From Paraspadella gotoi (lineage: Eukaryota > Animalia > Chaetognatha), in the NCBI GenBank assembly GCA_051294375.1, contig CM119264.1, forward strand, positions 16,465,245 to 16,529,244: a stretch of DNA of 64,000 nucleotides. The letters are read 5' to 3'. Positions 1-13,224 of this stretch are shown here, one piece after another. The position numbers were made by a program, and so were the translations under genes. Every line of letters starts with the position of its first letter. Position 1 is the first letter of the stretch. The notes beneath the pieces were generated by a model. That model did not search any database. It saw only the letters and a list, made by a program, of their open reading frames with translations, and had not been told where the DNA came from.

Positions 1-1750
1 CTAATTATTAGATATTCACATTCATCCTTTTTTTGGCAAATCAGAGATGCTTTGTTTTCAAACTTCATATCTTGGCATTGCCAAGCCTACCACCCACTCT
101 AATCAATTATCTGAATCAATAAAGGGGCTCAGAGAGATCATTTTAAGAATTTTTATTTCTAAGTCTCTCTTTATTGCATTAGAGAGATAAAATACCTCAT
201 TTAAATAATTCATAAAATTTCTTTTTCAAAATAGCAATCGTTGAATAGCTCTATACAACTTGGTTCGTTAAGCATTTTTAAAATCGTGCAGCGTAAGCCG
301 AAATATTCTCAACTTTAATCTTTTTCCCTTTCTTTATTTAGTTTTAAAACTCTATAATTTTGGACAGCTTTTGAAAAGTAGCAACTCTTTTTTCCTTTCT
401 GTCGTCCATTCTGACACTTTGTAGATATAATTCGCAGTGCCCAATCTTTGAGTCAGAAGGAGGAAGTATTAGGAGGTAAGTGCAGGGCGTTTGACGGAGA
501 TCAAGCTCCATTGGAGAGTAGGTGCAAGTCGTCGTGAATCGGCAGCTAAGTTGACTTCTTCTGGAACGTCTTCTTGGTTTCTCTGATGCGTCTTTTTTTT
601 CGCTGAGGGTTTGAACGGGTATCGTTCTTGACGTCGCGCATTTCACTTTTCTGGCGGCGAAGCCAAGCAGGACCCTGATGTGAAGATGGCCATTTTCTTT
701 GTCGTTATGTCAGACTTGGAGGGAAGTCGGCGGGTATTTTCTTTTCCTTCAACATGACGCCATTCCTGGATAGGAGATAAATTTCGTATAGTTTTGAGTC
801 TAAAATGTTGAAAGGTTTAAACCTTTGGATAAAATCATTGAATCCAGTTAAAGAACTGTAATCGAAATCCGTCAGCAATTACAATACTAGAGAATTCTGT
901 CTCCAGATTCTCTGACTATAGTATCTCTAGATTGAGCAGACGAGCCTTGCCGCATTTCAGCTCTAATCTTGGCATACTTTTCTAAAATGGTCTCCTTGAC
1001 CCGGGATTAATGTCCCTCACTGGCAATTTGACAAATGGGAACAACGTGAGATTTGATAAAATATAAGAAATATTACACATTCATCCTCACTCTCATTCAG
1101 CTCTATTCAAATATGCAAACAATCCCATAGCCAAGTAGATGAAGCATCAGCAAAAAATAATCAAATTGCGTTTTCGCGACATTCAGACGCCAATATAAGA
1201 CGTATAGGCGAGGAAGGATAAACTTTTAAAATGAAACTCTGCCATTACCTTCTCTCATTTATTGAAATTTTTTAGAAAGGTTCTTCCGGAACCTTTTCAT
1301 CCAGGTAAATTGGTCCATATTGTCGCTTTTTGAAAGTAAGACCTTTCTATATAAGAAATATATGGTGCAACAAAATCAAGTGGGTAGTAAGGGAACCGAA
1401 CTAATTTCGATAGGAATACATAATGAGCGATTTTTCGCCGAAAAAAGTAAAGGACATGAATGCTCGGTGGAAGAATCCTCCCAGAAATTTGGTTCAGTAA
1501 ACCGAAACTCGAGTCGAATCTTTTCCTTACCCCCGACTCAAACCTCTTTACTCTCAGGGTGTTAGATCATTGCTTGTCGAAGGTCAAAACTCGATCGTAA
1601 CTTAATCTCATAAATTCTTTCGCTTTTGATTTTCGGTTTCTATAGTTTGGCGTAAAAAGTTTGATATACTAATTTCGGCTTGACGAATCAACGAGCAAAA
1701 CTTTTGAATGATTGAAGCCAGTGAGAACGAATGTAATTGAACAATTTAAT
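1..1750 (-). mobile_element. Degenerate BEL/Pao LTR-retrotransposon pol fragment (end of RT, RNase H, linker towards integrase), frameshifted
   Basis: Hand translation of the minus strand gives BEL/Pao motifs in the canonical order: FVAPY (~1360-1378, DPLG.LAP-like), FADASS..GYG (~1120-1155), SMPRLEL (~957-980), WRHVEGKEN followed by a frameshifted PADL (~725-765), GPAWL (~659-676) and RVGGRLGNA (~75-100). Many stops and frameshifts; the right boundary is approximate. Confidence 0.85.
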
Positions 1751-2040
1751 TGAGCTTATTAGATCAGTAACGTTACAGATAATATTACTAACCAATTACT
1801 AATAGGTTTATGATTTTTCGATTTTTTGATGTGTCCAATCAGAGTTTGTTTTGCGATGTCGATCAAAAGTCAGGAGAAATTATTATCTAAGCTATTGGTT
1901 AATTTCTTAGACCTACCCGGGTAATTCAAAATATTATTGCTTGCGCAGTTCTTAGTTTTGATTTCGATGCAAGACGCTCGTGATTATTATTACTAAAATT
2001 AAAATAAAAGTTATTCCATATGTTATTTGTTTCTCTTCGT

Positions 2041-2100
2041 TCTCTCTTCGACTCTCTTCGACTCTCTTCGACTCTCTTCGACTCTATTCGACTCTCATTC
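2041..2100. repeat. 10-bp tandem repeat (ACTCTCTTCG), about 6 copies
   Basis: Directly visible in the sequence. Confidence 0.85.
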
Positions 2101-3539
2101 GGCTTTATACATGCGTGGTTAAGCCAACCGTGGATGTTTTCGGGCCGGCGCTTCAGTTGGTGCATGGTCGAGGTCCGCTTTTTGCGCTTGTAGCGGACAC
2201 GAGGTTCATAATGGTGAGTTTATTTATTATAGACAAGGATACCGATAGAACATCTGAAATTGACCTTTTAGTCGTTTATTATAGGAAAAGGTGCTAATAA
2301 ACACAAATCTTTTGAAAATTTTAATTTTGTTTCAATTTAAATTTCCGAAAATGATTAAGAGTACAAACATTTATTGTTATTTTGATCAAATTTCACAGTG
2401 GTGGAATATTCTGCATGATGGTACTACAGTACTCAGGTATGGCTGAGCAGGTTATCGTATTCTCTTGGTGGTGATGAGTATTATGCACGGTGTCTCCGGG
2501 GGCTTCCCTTGGCCTCGGAGCCTTTTAGAGGAGTCGCTGAGGAAATTAACGGTTGAGCGTCGTCATCGGTGTCGACGCGATCGCTTCGAGCGAGTCGCTG
2601 GGGACGTTGGCGTGGCATCATCGTCGGTGTCGATGCGTACAGAGATTATATTAGGGTGGGTGGAGACGTCGTCGTGCGTCGCCGTTATCATTGCTCGTCA
2701 ATGGCGGCGAGTTTACGGCGTCCGTTCTTCTCGTTCGTCGTCTCGACAAGCCCGGGGGATGGTGTGGTGGCGCAGCGCGAATGGCGGAGTGGTGGCACTC
2801 TCATGAGTGGATCGGTGGTTGTGGGCGTCTCTTATTTTTTGAGCGGCCATCATCTCTTGCTTGTGTGGTGAGTTTATTTGATTTAAAATAAATTGGGTTT
2901 TATATAATGCTTATATTTTATATAGTATTATTATTATTATTTCATAGTCGGATGGCTCTTCGTTGGGTGTGTCCGGAGGAATTGCGCGGGGGTAGGGATC
3001 GTGGGTTGACACCCCCCCCACGCTATGCGATGTCCCTCGTGGCAACGCCACCTACGGCCGGTTGGGTTCCAGTCGCTACCCAGGACCGGGCAGGCGCGTG
3101 CCCAGCGCCGCCGCGTCCCAAGCAGCACGCTCCGTTGGGCAGCAATCGGGTCGCGCTCAGCTCGCGGCCGTCGTCTTCCGACTCGGAATTCGGAGTCGGG
3201 TGAGTTGGTGAGAAAAATAATTAACAAAATGGTGTAGAGAATCAAGAACTTTTATTTGTTTAAAAATCGTTGTGCTGTCTAACAAATAAATAAACTTTGT
3301 TTTTCGGTCTAATCCTAAAACGAAAAGAAAAGAAATTAACAACAAAATATTTTTTAATACAACGCATTTTTATTTTATTTTATACAAAATATTTATTTAG
3401 GAATTCGTCTCCGAAGCGTCTGAAAGCGGTCGCCATCTCGTCTTCGTCGGAGGAGGAAGCGCTCCTGTCGCGCGGTGGTTGCCTGCAACCGACGACGATC
3501 AATTCGCATTCGTCGTGCCCGACCGTCCGCTATGGGAAT

Positions 3540-3745
3540 GGGGTGAGGGGTAGGTGAGGTTAGGGGGAGGTTAAAGGGTTAGCGGACGGCGGTAGGGGGC
3601 CTTTAGTTTTCGTTTTAGGAGGGGGAAATTGTTTTTTGGGTTTTTAAAGTTAGGGTTAGGTTTAGGGTCCTAGGTATTATGTTTATTTGAGGTTTAGGAG
3701 GGATTCATAGAAAGGGTTTAAAACAGGGGTCCGTTAGGGTTTTTT
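3540..3745 (+). repeat. Degenerate telomere-like (TTAGGG/TTAGG) G-rich tract
   Basis: Runs such as ggttagggg, gggttag, gttagggttaggtttaggg and gttagggttt. Confidence 0.5.
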
Positions 3746-3769
3746 TGTTTTTTTTAAAACCTCTTTAGG

Positions 3770-4160
3770 TTCTCTCTTTGAGAATTCGTGCTTTAAATTA
3801 TGGGAAAAATTTGGTTATTTTTTTTCCTCATTTGACCTTTTGTTGTTTAATCAAGAGAATGTTTTTTTTTTTCTCTTAACAAGATTCAGAGGTTTCATTT
3901 CTCAGTTTTTTCTCTTTTGAGAACTCGTGCTTATTAATAATAAATCTCTATTTGAGATTTGGGTGCTTTAATGAAAATAATTTTCTTTTGAATTTAATTT
4001 TTCAAAGTCCAAGAATTTTTATGGTTTTTTTCTCTCTTTTGAGAATTCGTCAGCTTTAATGAAAAAATTCTCTTTTGAAGGATTTGTATTTTAAATAAAA
4101 AAAATTCTCTTTGAGAATTTCATGCTTTATTAAATAAAAGTTTTTGGAACTCGTATTTTA
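3770..4160. repeat. Degenerate ~30-35-bp minisatellite (consensus approximately AAATTCTCTTTTGAGAATTCGTGCTTTAAT)
   Basis: About 7-8 imperfect copies near 3770, 3910, 3945, 4030, 4065, 4103 and 4145. Confidence 0.7.
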
Positions 4161-4599
4161 TTACTTCGCGTTTTATTTAATGATTGATATTTTGTGCTTT
4201 TTGGTATCCATTTTTAAAGCTTATCTAGATTAGTATGACTTTTTTTATGATGTCTTTTTTTCCTTTTTTGGGAAAGTGTAGATTGTAACCAAGCTTTATT
4301 TTTTTTTGACTGTTGTGTGAAATTAAAAAATATATTGTTATACAAATTTATTAAGAAAATGGGGAAAAATTGCAAAACAAAGCACGTGTACAGAAAAAAG
4401 TTTAAAATTATACAGTTAAGCTGTAGAAATGTGGGATTAGGCTAGCTGAAAAACGATGGGAAATTAATAGAACTCGCGCTGAGATAAAAATTATTAAGGC
4501 TCGTGGTTTCGGGCTACGTCAAAGTTGAATACATGTTTAAGGACGAATGATTATTATGGTTGAATAGTTTTCTACGTCAAGCCTAAAGAATGAAATTTA

Positions 4600-6620
4600 T
4601 TTTTTCAGTTTTACTGTCACACCATCGTGATTCATAGTTTCTGAGTGTAAACTTCGATGTCGTCGTCATCGCTCTTTCAATCTGCTTCAAGTCTGATTTT
4701 TTTCATTGGGTTTATCACTTATCAGATTTTTTGGTCAGGAGAGAGAGTAGCGTCTCAGTGTCGACGTTCACGAGCGCTTCCTCCTCTGCGCCGTCGGCTT
4801 CGGAGAACGAGAGCGGTGTTTTCCGCTTGACAGCGTGGCTGAAGGTTGTAACGCACAGTTTGCTGTGAACGACTGAGAGTGAGAAATGAAGTATAAATTT
4901 AATATAAATAATATGTAATAGATCAGCGGTTATATTAAAACCTATAAACAAGTAAATGCCACCTTTGTATTGTACCCATGCCTCTCCCTCAATGAGGTCG
5001 ACAATGGATTTTGCCACCATAATTCCTTGACATGGTGGCGCCCACGATGTGTCCTGAAGATATACATTTTGTTGATATGGTTTATATTAGTGACATACCA
5101 AATATAGGATAGGTGAAATTGTATCTTGGAAGTAGAAAATATGGTCGTGTTTGAAAAAACCTGCCAAGATAAATAACTAATGAGAAGAAAAAGATATAGG
5201 TAAACTTTACTCATCCCAGTTTTTCGTCGAATTCTTATGACAATGTTTTGGCACGTCATGCAAATCATTTTTTGCGACAACCCGCGACTGTGATTTCCAA
5301 TGACGAGTGATAGCAGGTCCCTGGAAAAAATTTCCTCCCATATGGTTCCGGGCACTTTCTCTCTATGGAGATAGGAGATTTTGTTTTTGTTTGGGAAACG
5401 CAAACGGAAGAAGAAGTTGTGTGCCTGATCCTGGGTCCTAAGCTGGGTTTTTAAAGTTACAGGTTTACTGAAGGTTTGACGTTTGGGGCTAGATTGGGTA
5501 ATAAAGAAAAAGGGAAAATTACCGCGTTATTCCTGACTTAATTTAGAAGTCCACGGTTGGTCGTGTCTCCCCGCTATATGGGGAAACAGAACGCGCCTGG
5601 TAAGCGATCCAGTGACGCTAAGACGTGGAGTTGAGCCTTCATCCCTAAAATGTAAGGAGAAAAAGTTAGTTTATTTACATGTATTTCACTTTGGAAATAT
5701 GAAAAAATATTAGTTTTGAAGTTTTATATTTATATATTAATAACCTGGGGGAGCCCTGGTCCAAACTGGGCCTCACGAAAACCACGTTCATGGTTTGTTG
5801 TCGTGGCTACGCTCGATGATGCAGGCGCATTTGGGCGAAGAGTCTTTTGGAAGCTGGGAGTATAGGTAATAGTTGAAAGGGTATGTTAACTGACTTGGTC
5901 TCTCCTCAGTGGTAAAAGAGGTTGGAGTATGGAAAAGGAGTTTAATATAGATTTAAAGTATACGTAATGTGGTTATGTATATATTAAGGGGATTGATGAA
6001 GGGAGAGACGGGAGGAAGTAAGAGCACTGCATACCTTTGGATACCGTTGACCAAATGGGTTTTTCTTCCTCATAGACAACCTCCATCGCTGAATGCCTGT
6101 GGAAACCGATTCTTGTCCGGTGGGAGGGGCGAGTATTCTTAAGATGGAAAAAATGAAAAATAACACGAGAATTATTCTGTTATATTGGTTTAGAACCCTT
6201 CATAATTGTGAATTAACATCGCAGATGCTGCGGAGGTATGACTCATCATGATGACCCTCCAAGCTTTCTCGTTCTTCTGTTATGTTGTTTTGATTGATGC
6301 TTGGAGTAGCTGAAAGGACCTTTGTGCTCCACGAGGCCCTAACGAGATCCACACCGGCAGTGACCACGTGGTTTTGACAGTCTTCTGTTGTGAACCAACG
6401 TGCTGTGGATGAGGGGTGGAAGGGGGAAGGGATTTAATTTACAAATAATAGTAAGTGTAAATGTCAGTAAATTGCGGTTTAAAACATATTTTCTAAAACT
6501 CACCTCTCGTCCAATTTTTATTGAGGCTTTGATCGATTTCTTTTGATCTCTAGCGATCGGTTCTTGTTTCACACTCCTTGAAGAGGGCTATTCTGTCCGT
6601 CCCAAATGGCAAGTAGGATC
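4600..6620 (-). pseudogene. Disrupted multi-exon gene of unknown function with a possible C4 zinc-finger (ZAD-like) segment
   Basis: GC-richer blocks bounded by minus-strand GT/AG signals and separated by AT-rich introns. One exon (~5210-5443) reads IWEEIFSRDLLSLVIG..LSQKMICMTCQNIV. A continuous frame could not be built. Confidence 0.3.
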
Positions 6621-6742
6621 GAAATTAAAGCAGAACTGAGTCTGAAGAAAACTTGCGTCGCCAACCTAATTGATTTTGAGGCTTACAAAATAGAATCCCA
6701 AAGGGCGTTTAATTCCTCTCTCTCTCATCTCTGTCTCTCTCG

Positions 6743-6773
<31 letters not shown>

Positions 6774-6787
6774 TCTCTCTCTCTCCT

Positions 6788-6837
<50 letters not shown>

Positions 6838-8214
6838 ACCCGTCGCTTCCAGCCCCAGGTCCACGCCATTATTTTTTAGCATATCTTTCAGTTTTGCCAA
6901 TATCACGCGGGTCCAGTTTCCGCTACATTCTCACTTGTCCCATCCCTTTCTATTTCCGGCTCAATTTCTCTCCCATCGCACGCCTCAGTTAAAGCAGCGT
7001 GACGCGGGAGCAGAGGCAGAGCCGCTGCAATGTCTCGCGGGGCATGAAGCACATCCGGGGGGGAATCCCTTCACGGCGAACGACCTCATCTCTGTCGGTT
7101 CGTGCCCGGTGGGTTCGATATCCTGCCGGGGCGACCGACCGGCGGGTGCAATCTGGGCCAACAAGGCCGATGAATCAATCAGTCAATCAGGGAAGGACCC
7201 CGCTCTCTTGCCCTCCGATTATCTCTCACACCTCAGCAAACCTAGATTTCTCTTTTATCACGCTTGGACGGCCCTTCCAACTATTTTTTTTATCTTTTCA
7301 CTGGGCAGATATCGTTTTCTCTGGGGAAAAATAAAAATAAATAAATCGAGTTAGTGATGAGATGAGCTGGAAGAGGAAGAGGAGGATGAAGAGGAGGCAG
7401 GCCAGGTGAGGTTGTGCGCAATCGTACTCTCCCACAAATCATCGCGTTGGAGAAGAAAAAGTTTTGACAGTTTTTCCTTCCGTACCAACTTTATATTCTT
7501 TGCTTTCGGGGCCATTTTTTCGCGATAACGGACACGGTAGTTGTAATTAAGCCGCAGCGTTTCTTCAGAGAGAGAGAGAGATGAGAGAGAGAGTCGTACT
7601 GATGAGAGAGAAAGTGAGAGAGAAGAGAAGAGAGGTCGAGAGAGAGAGCAGAGAGAGAGACGAGAGAGATTGCCGATATATTGAGATTAAAACCATTGAG
7701 AGCGGCTTGTTGGCATTATTTTTAGTTTGGCCAAAATAAAATGAAACAAATAAAATATTGTCGCAAAAAAATATAAAAATTAAATGGAAGAGTTCGCTCT
7801 TATCGTAGTACCAGACCCTACGATCGCGTGCGAACCATGCTGGAGTCGTCTCCATCGTCGATCGGGTCTCTAAAGTTAGGAATCAGGTCTTCTTTCCCCC
7901 AGTTTCTTTTCCCATCCATATAGCGAAAAAAATGGCCCGAAAGCAAAGAACCTAAAAAAAATAAATATATATAATATCTGTGTCTCATATAACTTCATTC
8001 TCCGCTCCTCTNNNNNNNNNNNNNNNNNNNNNNNNNCGGCGACGCCCATCTATTCTTCCCCATCTTCCCTCTAACCACTTTCTTCCTTCACCTCCGCCTC
8101 GCCCCAATTTATCGTCAAACGATTTTTTAATCCCCGTTTCCATGGTGATTGGACATCGGCCTCTAGTCGTGGATTCGCCGTTCATGTGGTTGACGCCGTC
8201 TCGTTATTGATGCC

Positions 8215-8246
<32 letters not shown>

Positions 8247-9874
8247 CTTCAATACCGCGTCCGACGACGGCACCCACAGCGCTGCCGACGCCGACGACGA
8301 TGGAGACGAATCCGGCGACACAACCATCACGACGCCGCCTCGTTAATCCCGCCTCATTTTCGCAGCGACGAATGAGGAAGCATCGATCGATGTCGTCGTC
8401 GTCGTCGTCATCGTGGTTGTCGTCGTCTTCTTCCTCCTTTTTCCCGTGAAATCAGAAAGTAATATGGTGCCTCGAGACTTAATGGTTGTACGACAGAAGG
8501 GAAACTCGGATTTTTGGGAGATTTCTGACTGTACGTTGATGGTAGTACAATTGTTTATTATATTTAATTCTACTGAAATTTCTTATTGAAAATTGCTCAT
8601 CGGATTTACTGAAAACTTTCGCGGATTGGTTTCTTTCTGTTACGTTACGTTCTAGACTTCTCGCTCAATGCAATTAAAATCAGAATGAGGCGACAAATTT
8701 TAAAAGTCAAAACTAAATAAAAAAAAAAGAAAACAAGGATGAGAAAGTTTTCCTCACTTTTCGATCTCCCCTCCGAGAAGCGAAGGATAATCACCTCGCC
8801 CTCAAATCCGTCTCCCTTCCCCCGAGGGAGAAAAAAAAAGGAACTCACCTTAATTTTGTCGGAAGGGAAATCGCGGATGTCGGGCGCGTCGCGTCTCGAT
8901 CATCCATCTCACGGATCCGAGAGACTTGATCACCCGGGCGCGAGTCGGGAATCACCGCTGATGATGGCGCTGGTGATTATGACGTCGAATAAACACGGCT
9001 GATGAGGCGGCCGACTCGATTGCCGAGTCCCCCTTTTGGCGACGAGAAAAACCTGATCGAGGTCATCGTTCGAAGACATCGACGGTTTCGATGATATCCG
9101 GCGTGGACTTTCGCGTCTTTTTCTATCTCATAATGCAAACATGTTTTTTGGATGATATCCTAATAGCCAAATGTGCTTGTCTGCTTTGACGCATTGTTTC
9201 CTTGATGAAACCGCCTCACCTATCATGGAGCTGCCATTCTTCCACAGGCGACTGTCTCGTCTCGCCCCGCCTTACCCTTCCATCATTCGACGAGGTGAGT
9301 TTCTCGACGATTCCAAAGGATTTCTTAGCCATTTGTCATTCACGACCTCGTAATCACTTTTATCCACAACAGATAAATTTGGCTCCTGAAACAGTAATCC
9401 TTCTCACTGGGCCGTCAAGGAGAGGAGGATGATGATCTGAATGACGTGGAGACGAGAGAGAGGAGATGATAGAGAGAGAAAAAGAAAGAAGACAAGAATA
9501 AAAAGAGATAGAAAAGAAAGTGAAGATAAGAAGAGAACGTTATATTATGGGATATGGGGAAATAGAGTAAGAAAGGATGACATAAAGAAGAAAGAAAAGA
9601 AAGGAAGGAGGACGAAAAAGAGGAAAAGAAAATTAATCGAGACGGGAAGAGAAGTATATGGGGGGGGTAAATGGGCGATGGCTAAAAGTGAAAAGGAGAG
9701 AAAAGAAAGAAAGAGCTACTAAGTAATCCCTTCTCACTGGCCGTCAGAGAGGAAAGGCAGATATATAATTATATATACCAATTAGTATATTTATATAGAA
9801 GAGAGAGAGTGAGAAAGATAACGTAGAGAGAGCAGAGACGTGAGCTAGAGAGAGAGACGAGAGAGACGAGAGAG

Positions 9875-9906
<32 letters not shown>

Positions 9907-11889
9907 TGATGAGAGAAGAAGAGAGAGAGAGAGAGAGAAAGGAGAGAGAGAAGAGAGGAGAGAGAGAGAGAGAGAGACAAAAAACGTATCGACGGATACA
10001 GATGCTTTTCCATTTCTACGAAACCTTGTCGATATTTACTCGGCTGTCCGCTTTCAACGACAAAAATTTATTGGTTTGATATCCTAGTTGATCGTTGCTA
10101 GTGGGAAGAGGGAAATGTTGAGAGCAACGACGACAACGACGACGACAACGACAACGAGAAAAATCCACAATTTATGTATACTATGCATTTTAATTTTCTT
10201 TTTTCCCCCCTTTGAGTTTCTCTAAAATTTATCTGATATTTTTTTACCGAGTCACTTTTATGTTTTTAGCCAATCTATTTATAAAATATTAAGCGCCCGT
10301 ACGTAACGGTGATAATAAATTAATAACTATTCGGATTCTTCGAGGAGGTGACATGCATATAACTTTTTAGTGAGAGAGAGTAAAAGAAGGACCAGTGGCT
10401 GAGGCAATACATGTAAATTGCTTTCAAGGCCTTAAACTGAGCTGTTACTGCGGTACTAATAATACTTTGGTATTTGAAAAAATATTTTATGAATCAAAAT
10501 AATATCATTTTTGTTATATATGATATATGATTAAAATGCTTTGATCAAGACATAGAATAAGAAATAGAATAAGAAAAAAATATTTGTTAAAAAATATCGA
10601 AAAAAAAATTTTAAAAGAATCAAAATTAAAAAAATTGTTAAAAAAAATTGTTATTTTGTTGAAGAGCAGGTGCAAGTGAAAATCTAGTGGGTGTCAATAA
10701 AGTTTATTTTGAATTTTCATGACTTACAAAAAGCTTCCTTCTTTGAGCCCTCTAGTATTTTTAACGGAGAAGAGAAAATCTTCGATTAGCTGAAGATCGG
10801 ATTGAGACGACATCGATGTTAGAGCGACGGAAAAAGTAGGTTAGAACTGAGATTCGAGCTTCGACCGCGCGCGGGAGTGACGGCAATATTGACGGAACTG
10901 CATTTAGAGCTTGGTTTTCTCTGAGGGTGATCCCCGTTTCAATATTGACAATGAATTCCAGTGCGTGAGGTGATAATGTCTTACTTTAAACTGTTTCGCA
11001 AGGCTCTCTTTGCGCGCTTTTCCATACTCGGGTCTCCTATTTTGCCCGAGGAGTGAGGGATGGAAGGAAGAGTTCAGAATCGAGAGTTCGCCGCGGTGAT
11101 TTATGGAAGCCGATCGCACCGGAGTGGTTCGTCGGTGGGTAATGGGCGCGAGTTGGGAGCTTCGCACTCTTTATGATAGGAAATTGAGGTCTATGGTGGA
11201 GAGGATCCATTGTTTTTTTCGAATGGGTATTCATTCCGGCCTTTTTACGCCATGCTTATCTTGTGAGGAAATAAATAAATTTGATGTTTACGATTAAAAG
11301 CAATTAATAAAAAGAAAGAGGTGGCGAATCGCAGATAAAAACGAAAAATAACGGAAACTAAAGATTTTGCTTCTCGGTGAGAGTCGGGCAATTAGCAGGT
11401 TTTAGAAGTCTAGAGATGATAAGGAGAAAGAAAAACGAGAGAGCGATAAAGAGTGAGAAAGTGAGAAACTGAAAGAAAAAAAGTAGGGAAAAGAACGAGA
11501 GCGCGATAGAGAGCGAGTGAGAGAGAAACAGAAAGTGAAAAGGAGGGAGAAAAACCCCCGTTATTGATTTATCTCTGGCTTTTCCCGGTTTCTCCGACGC
11601 ATAAATTTTCCCGCTCGCGTTTATGGAATTATTAGAACCCCTTCTCTCGGATTATGGCGCCGAGCTTTAATGGCCCGAACCGAGGCGTTCTCCCTTTCCA
11701 CGAGTCCCGAACGCCGCCGGTAGCGCCCGGCTTCGTCGTCGTCGTCGTTGTCGTCGTTGTCGTGGAAGTCTTCGACGTGGTCGTCCTCGCCGTCGCGCGT
11801 AACATTGAAAATTTTTAAAGCCCTGATATATGATTATTATAATTCGCCGAGTGAGAGAAAGAGAATGAAGAATGTTCCAGGGGCCTACT

Positions 11890-11931
<42 letters not shown>

Positions 11932-12158
11932 TTTAACTTTTAATGAGTTAGAATGAAATTCAAAAGATTTTTTATTTCCAAAATATCTGAATTCGTTTAT
12001 TTCCGACCGTCCGTGCGAAAATAAGACGAAAAAATGAGTTTAATGATTTTGAAAGGAAAATATTTCATGTTAAAACGAGTATACTCGGTCAAGTTTCAAT
12101 ATTTGTATCAGTCGTGCAAAACAAAACTCTTACCATTCCTTAACACACCCCCAACCAG

Positions 12159-12349
12159 AACGGCGCCCCCTCCTCCTCCGGATCGAGCCTGATGACCGAA
12201 GGCGCCTTCGCCTGGGACACTCACCTCATCGAAGCCGTCGTCGCCGGCGTCGTCCTCCTCCTCCTCCTCTGCCTCCTCACCCTCCTCGTCGTCCTCTACC
12301 GCAGAGGCCTCCTCGTCAGCAAGCGGCAGACGCAGGCCTTTCAGTACGG
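12159..12349 (+). CDS. Internal exon encoding the transmembrane helix of a single-pass membrane protein
   Basis: Boundaries ccaaccag|AAC...TACGG|gtgagg. Translates NGAPSSSGSSLMTEGAFAWDTHLIEAVVAGVVLLLLLCLLTLLVVLYRRGLLVSKRQTQAFQYG, a hydrophobic helix followed by a basic stop-transfer segment. Confidence 0.7.
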
Positions 12350-12491
12350 GTGAGGCTTGACTGGGGACTGGGTGGGTCGTTGTAAAGGGTGGGTGGGTTG
12401 GTGGCGAAGGTGGAAACGGGAGGCGATTGACTCGATTAGCGTCGCTTTAAAACCATCAATGTCAACGTCGTCAACGTCACGCGGGTCACTT

Positions 12492-12527
<36 letters not shown>

Positions 12528-13131
12528 ACGCCAACAATTTCCGCTTTTTCTTTTTTTCTTTTTCTTTGTCTTTTTCTTTGTCGCTGTCTTCTTGTCTTTT
12601 TCCTTTCGCTTCCTCCAATTTTCTGGTTTCTTTTTTTCTGCTTCATTCTTCAACCAATTTTTTTGGGGGGGATCAGATCTTTGTCTTTTTCTTTCGGTCC
12701 TATCTTTATTTTTGTCATTACATCTTCTTTTGTTCATTTTTGTATCTTTTTTCGTCTTCGTCTTAATTCCGGCGGTCAACTTATATCAACTCATATCCCG
12801 ATGCATTTATAGAATTAATTTTCTACTTTATTCTTCACCTTCTTTACTTTCACTATGTATTTTTTTTCAACGTAGTTTCATTTTTTTTACTCTTTCGTCT
12901 TCATCTTCTTTCGTTATCGTCATTATCGGTTGTCACAGTCGTCGACTCGCCTGCCCCCTAGTTTTCCTGACGGAGTTCGAAGATTAGCGAATATAAATTC
13001 CAGTGTCATTTTTCACAACGACATCGGTGACGACTCTATCTCGCAATTTGCATATATTCGTCTCGTGTCTCACTCTCTCTTGTGTTTTTTACGCTTTTAC
13101 CGCTTCTGTTTCCGTCTGTGTAGCTCTCTCT

Positions 13132-13224
<93 letters not shown>

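Noticed and set aside
3770-4160. CRISPR-like array of palindromic repeats
   Set aside because: Eukaryotic context, degenerate units, no regular unique spacers and no cas genes.
8186-8449. Pro/Ser-rich ORF as a standalone gene
   Set aside because: Trinucleotide-repeat low complexity in all frames and no consistent splice model; at most an unplaced exon.
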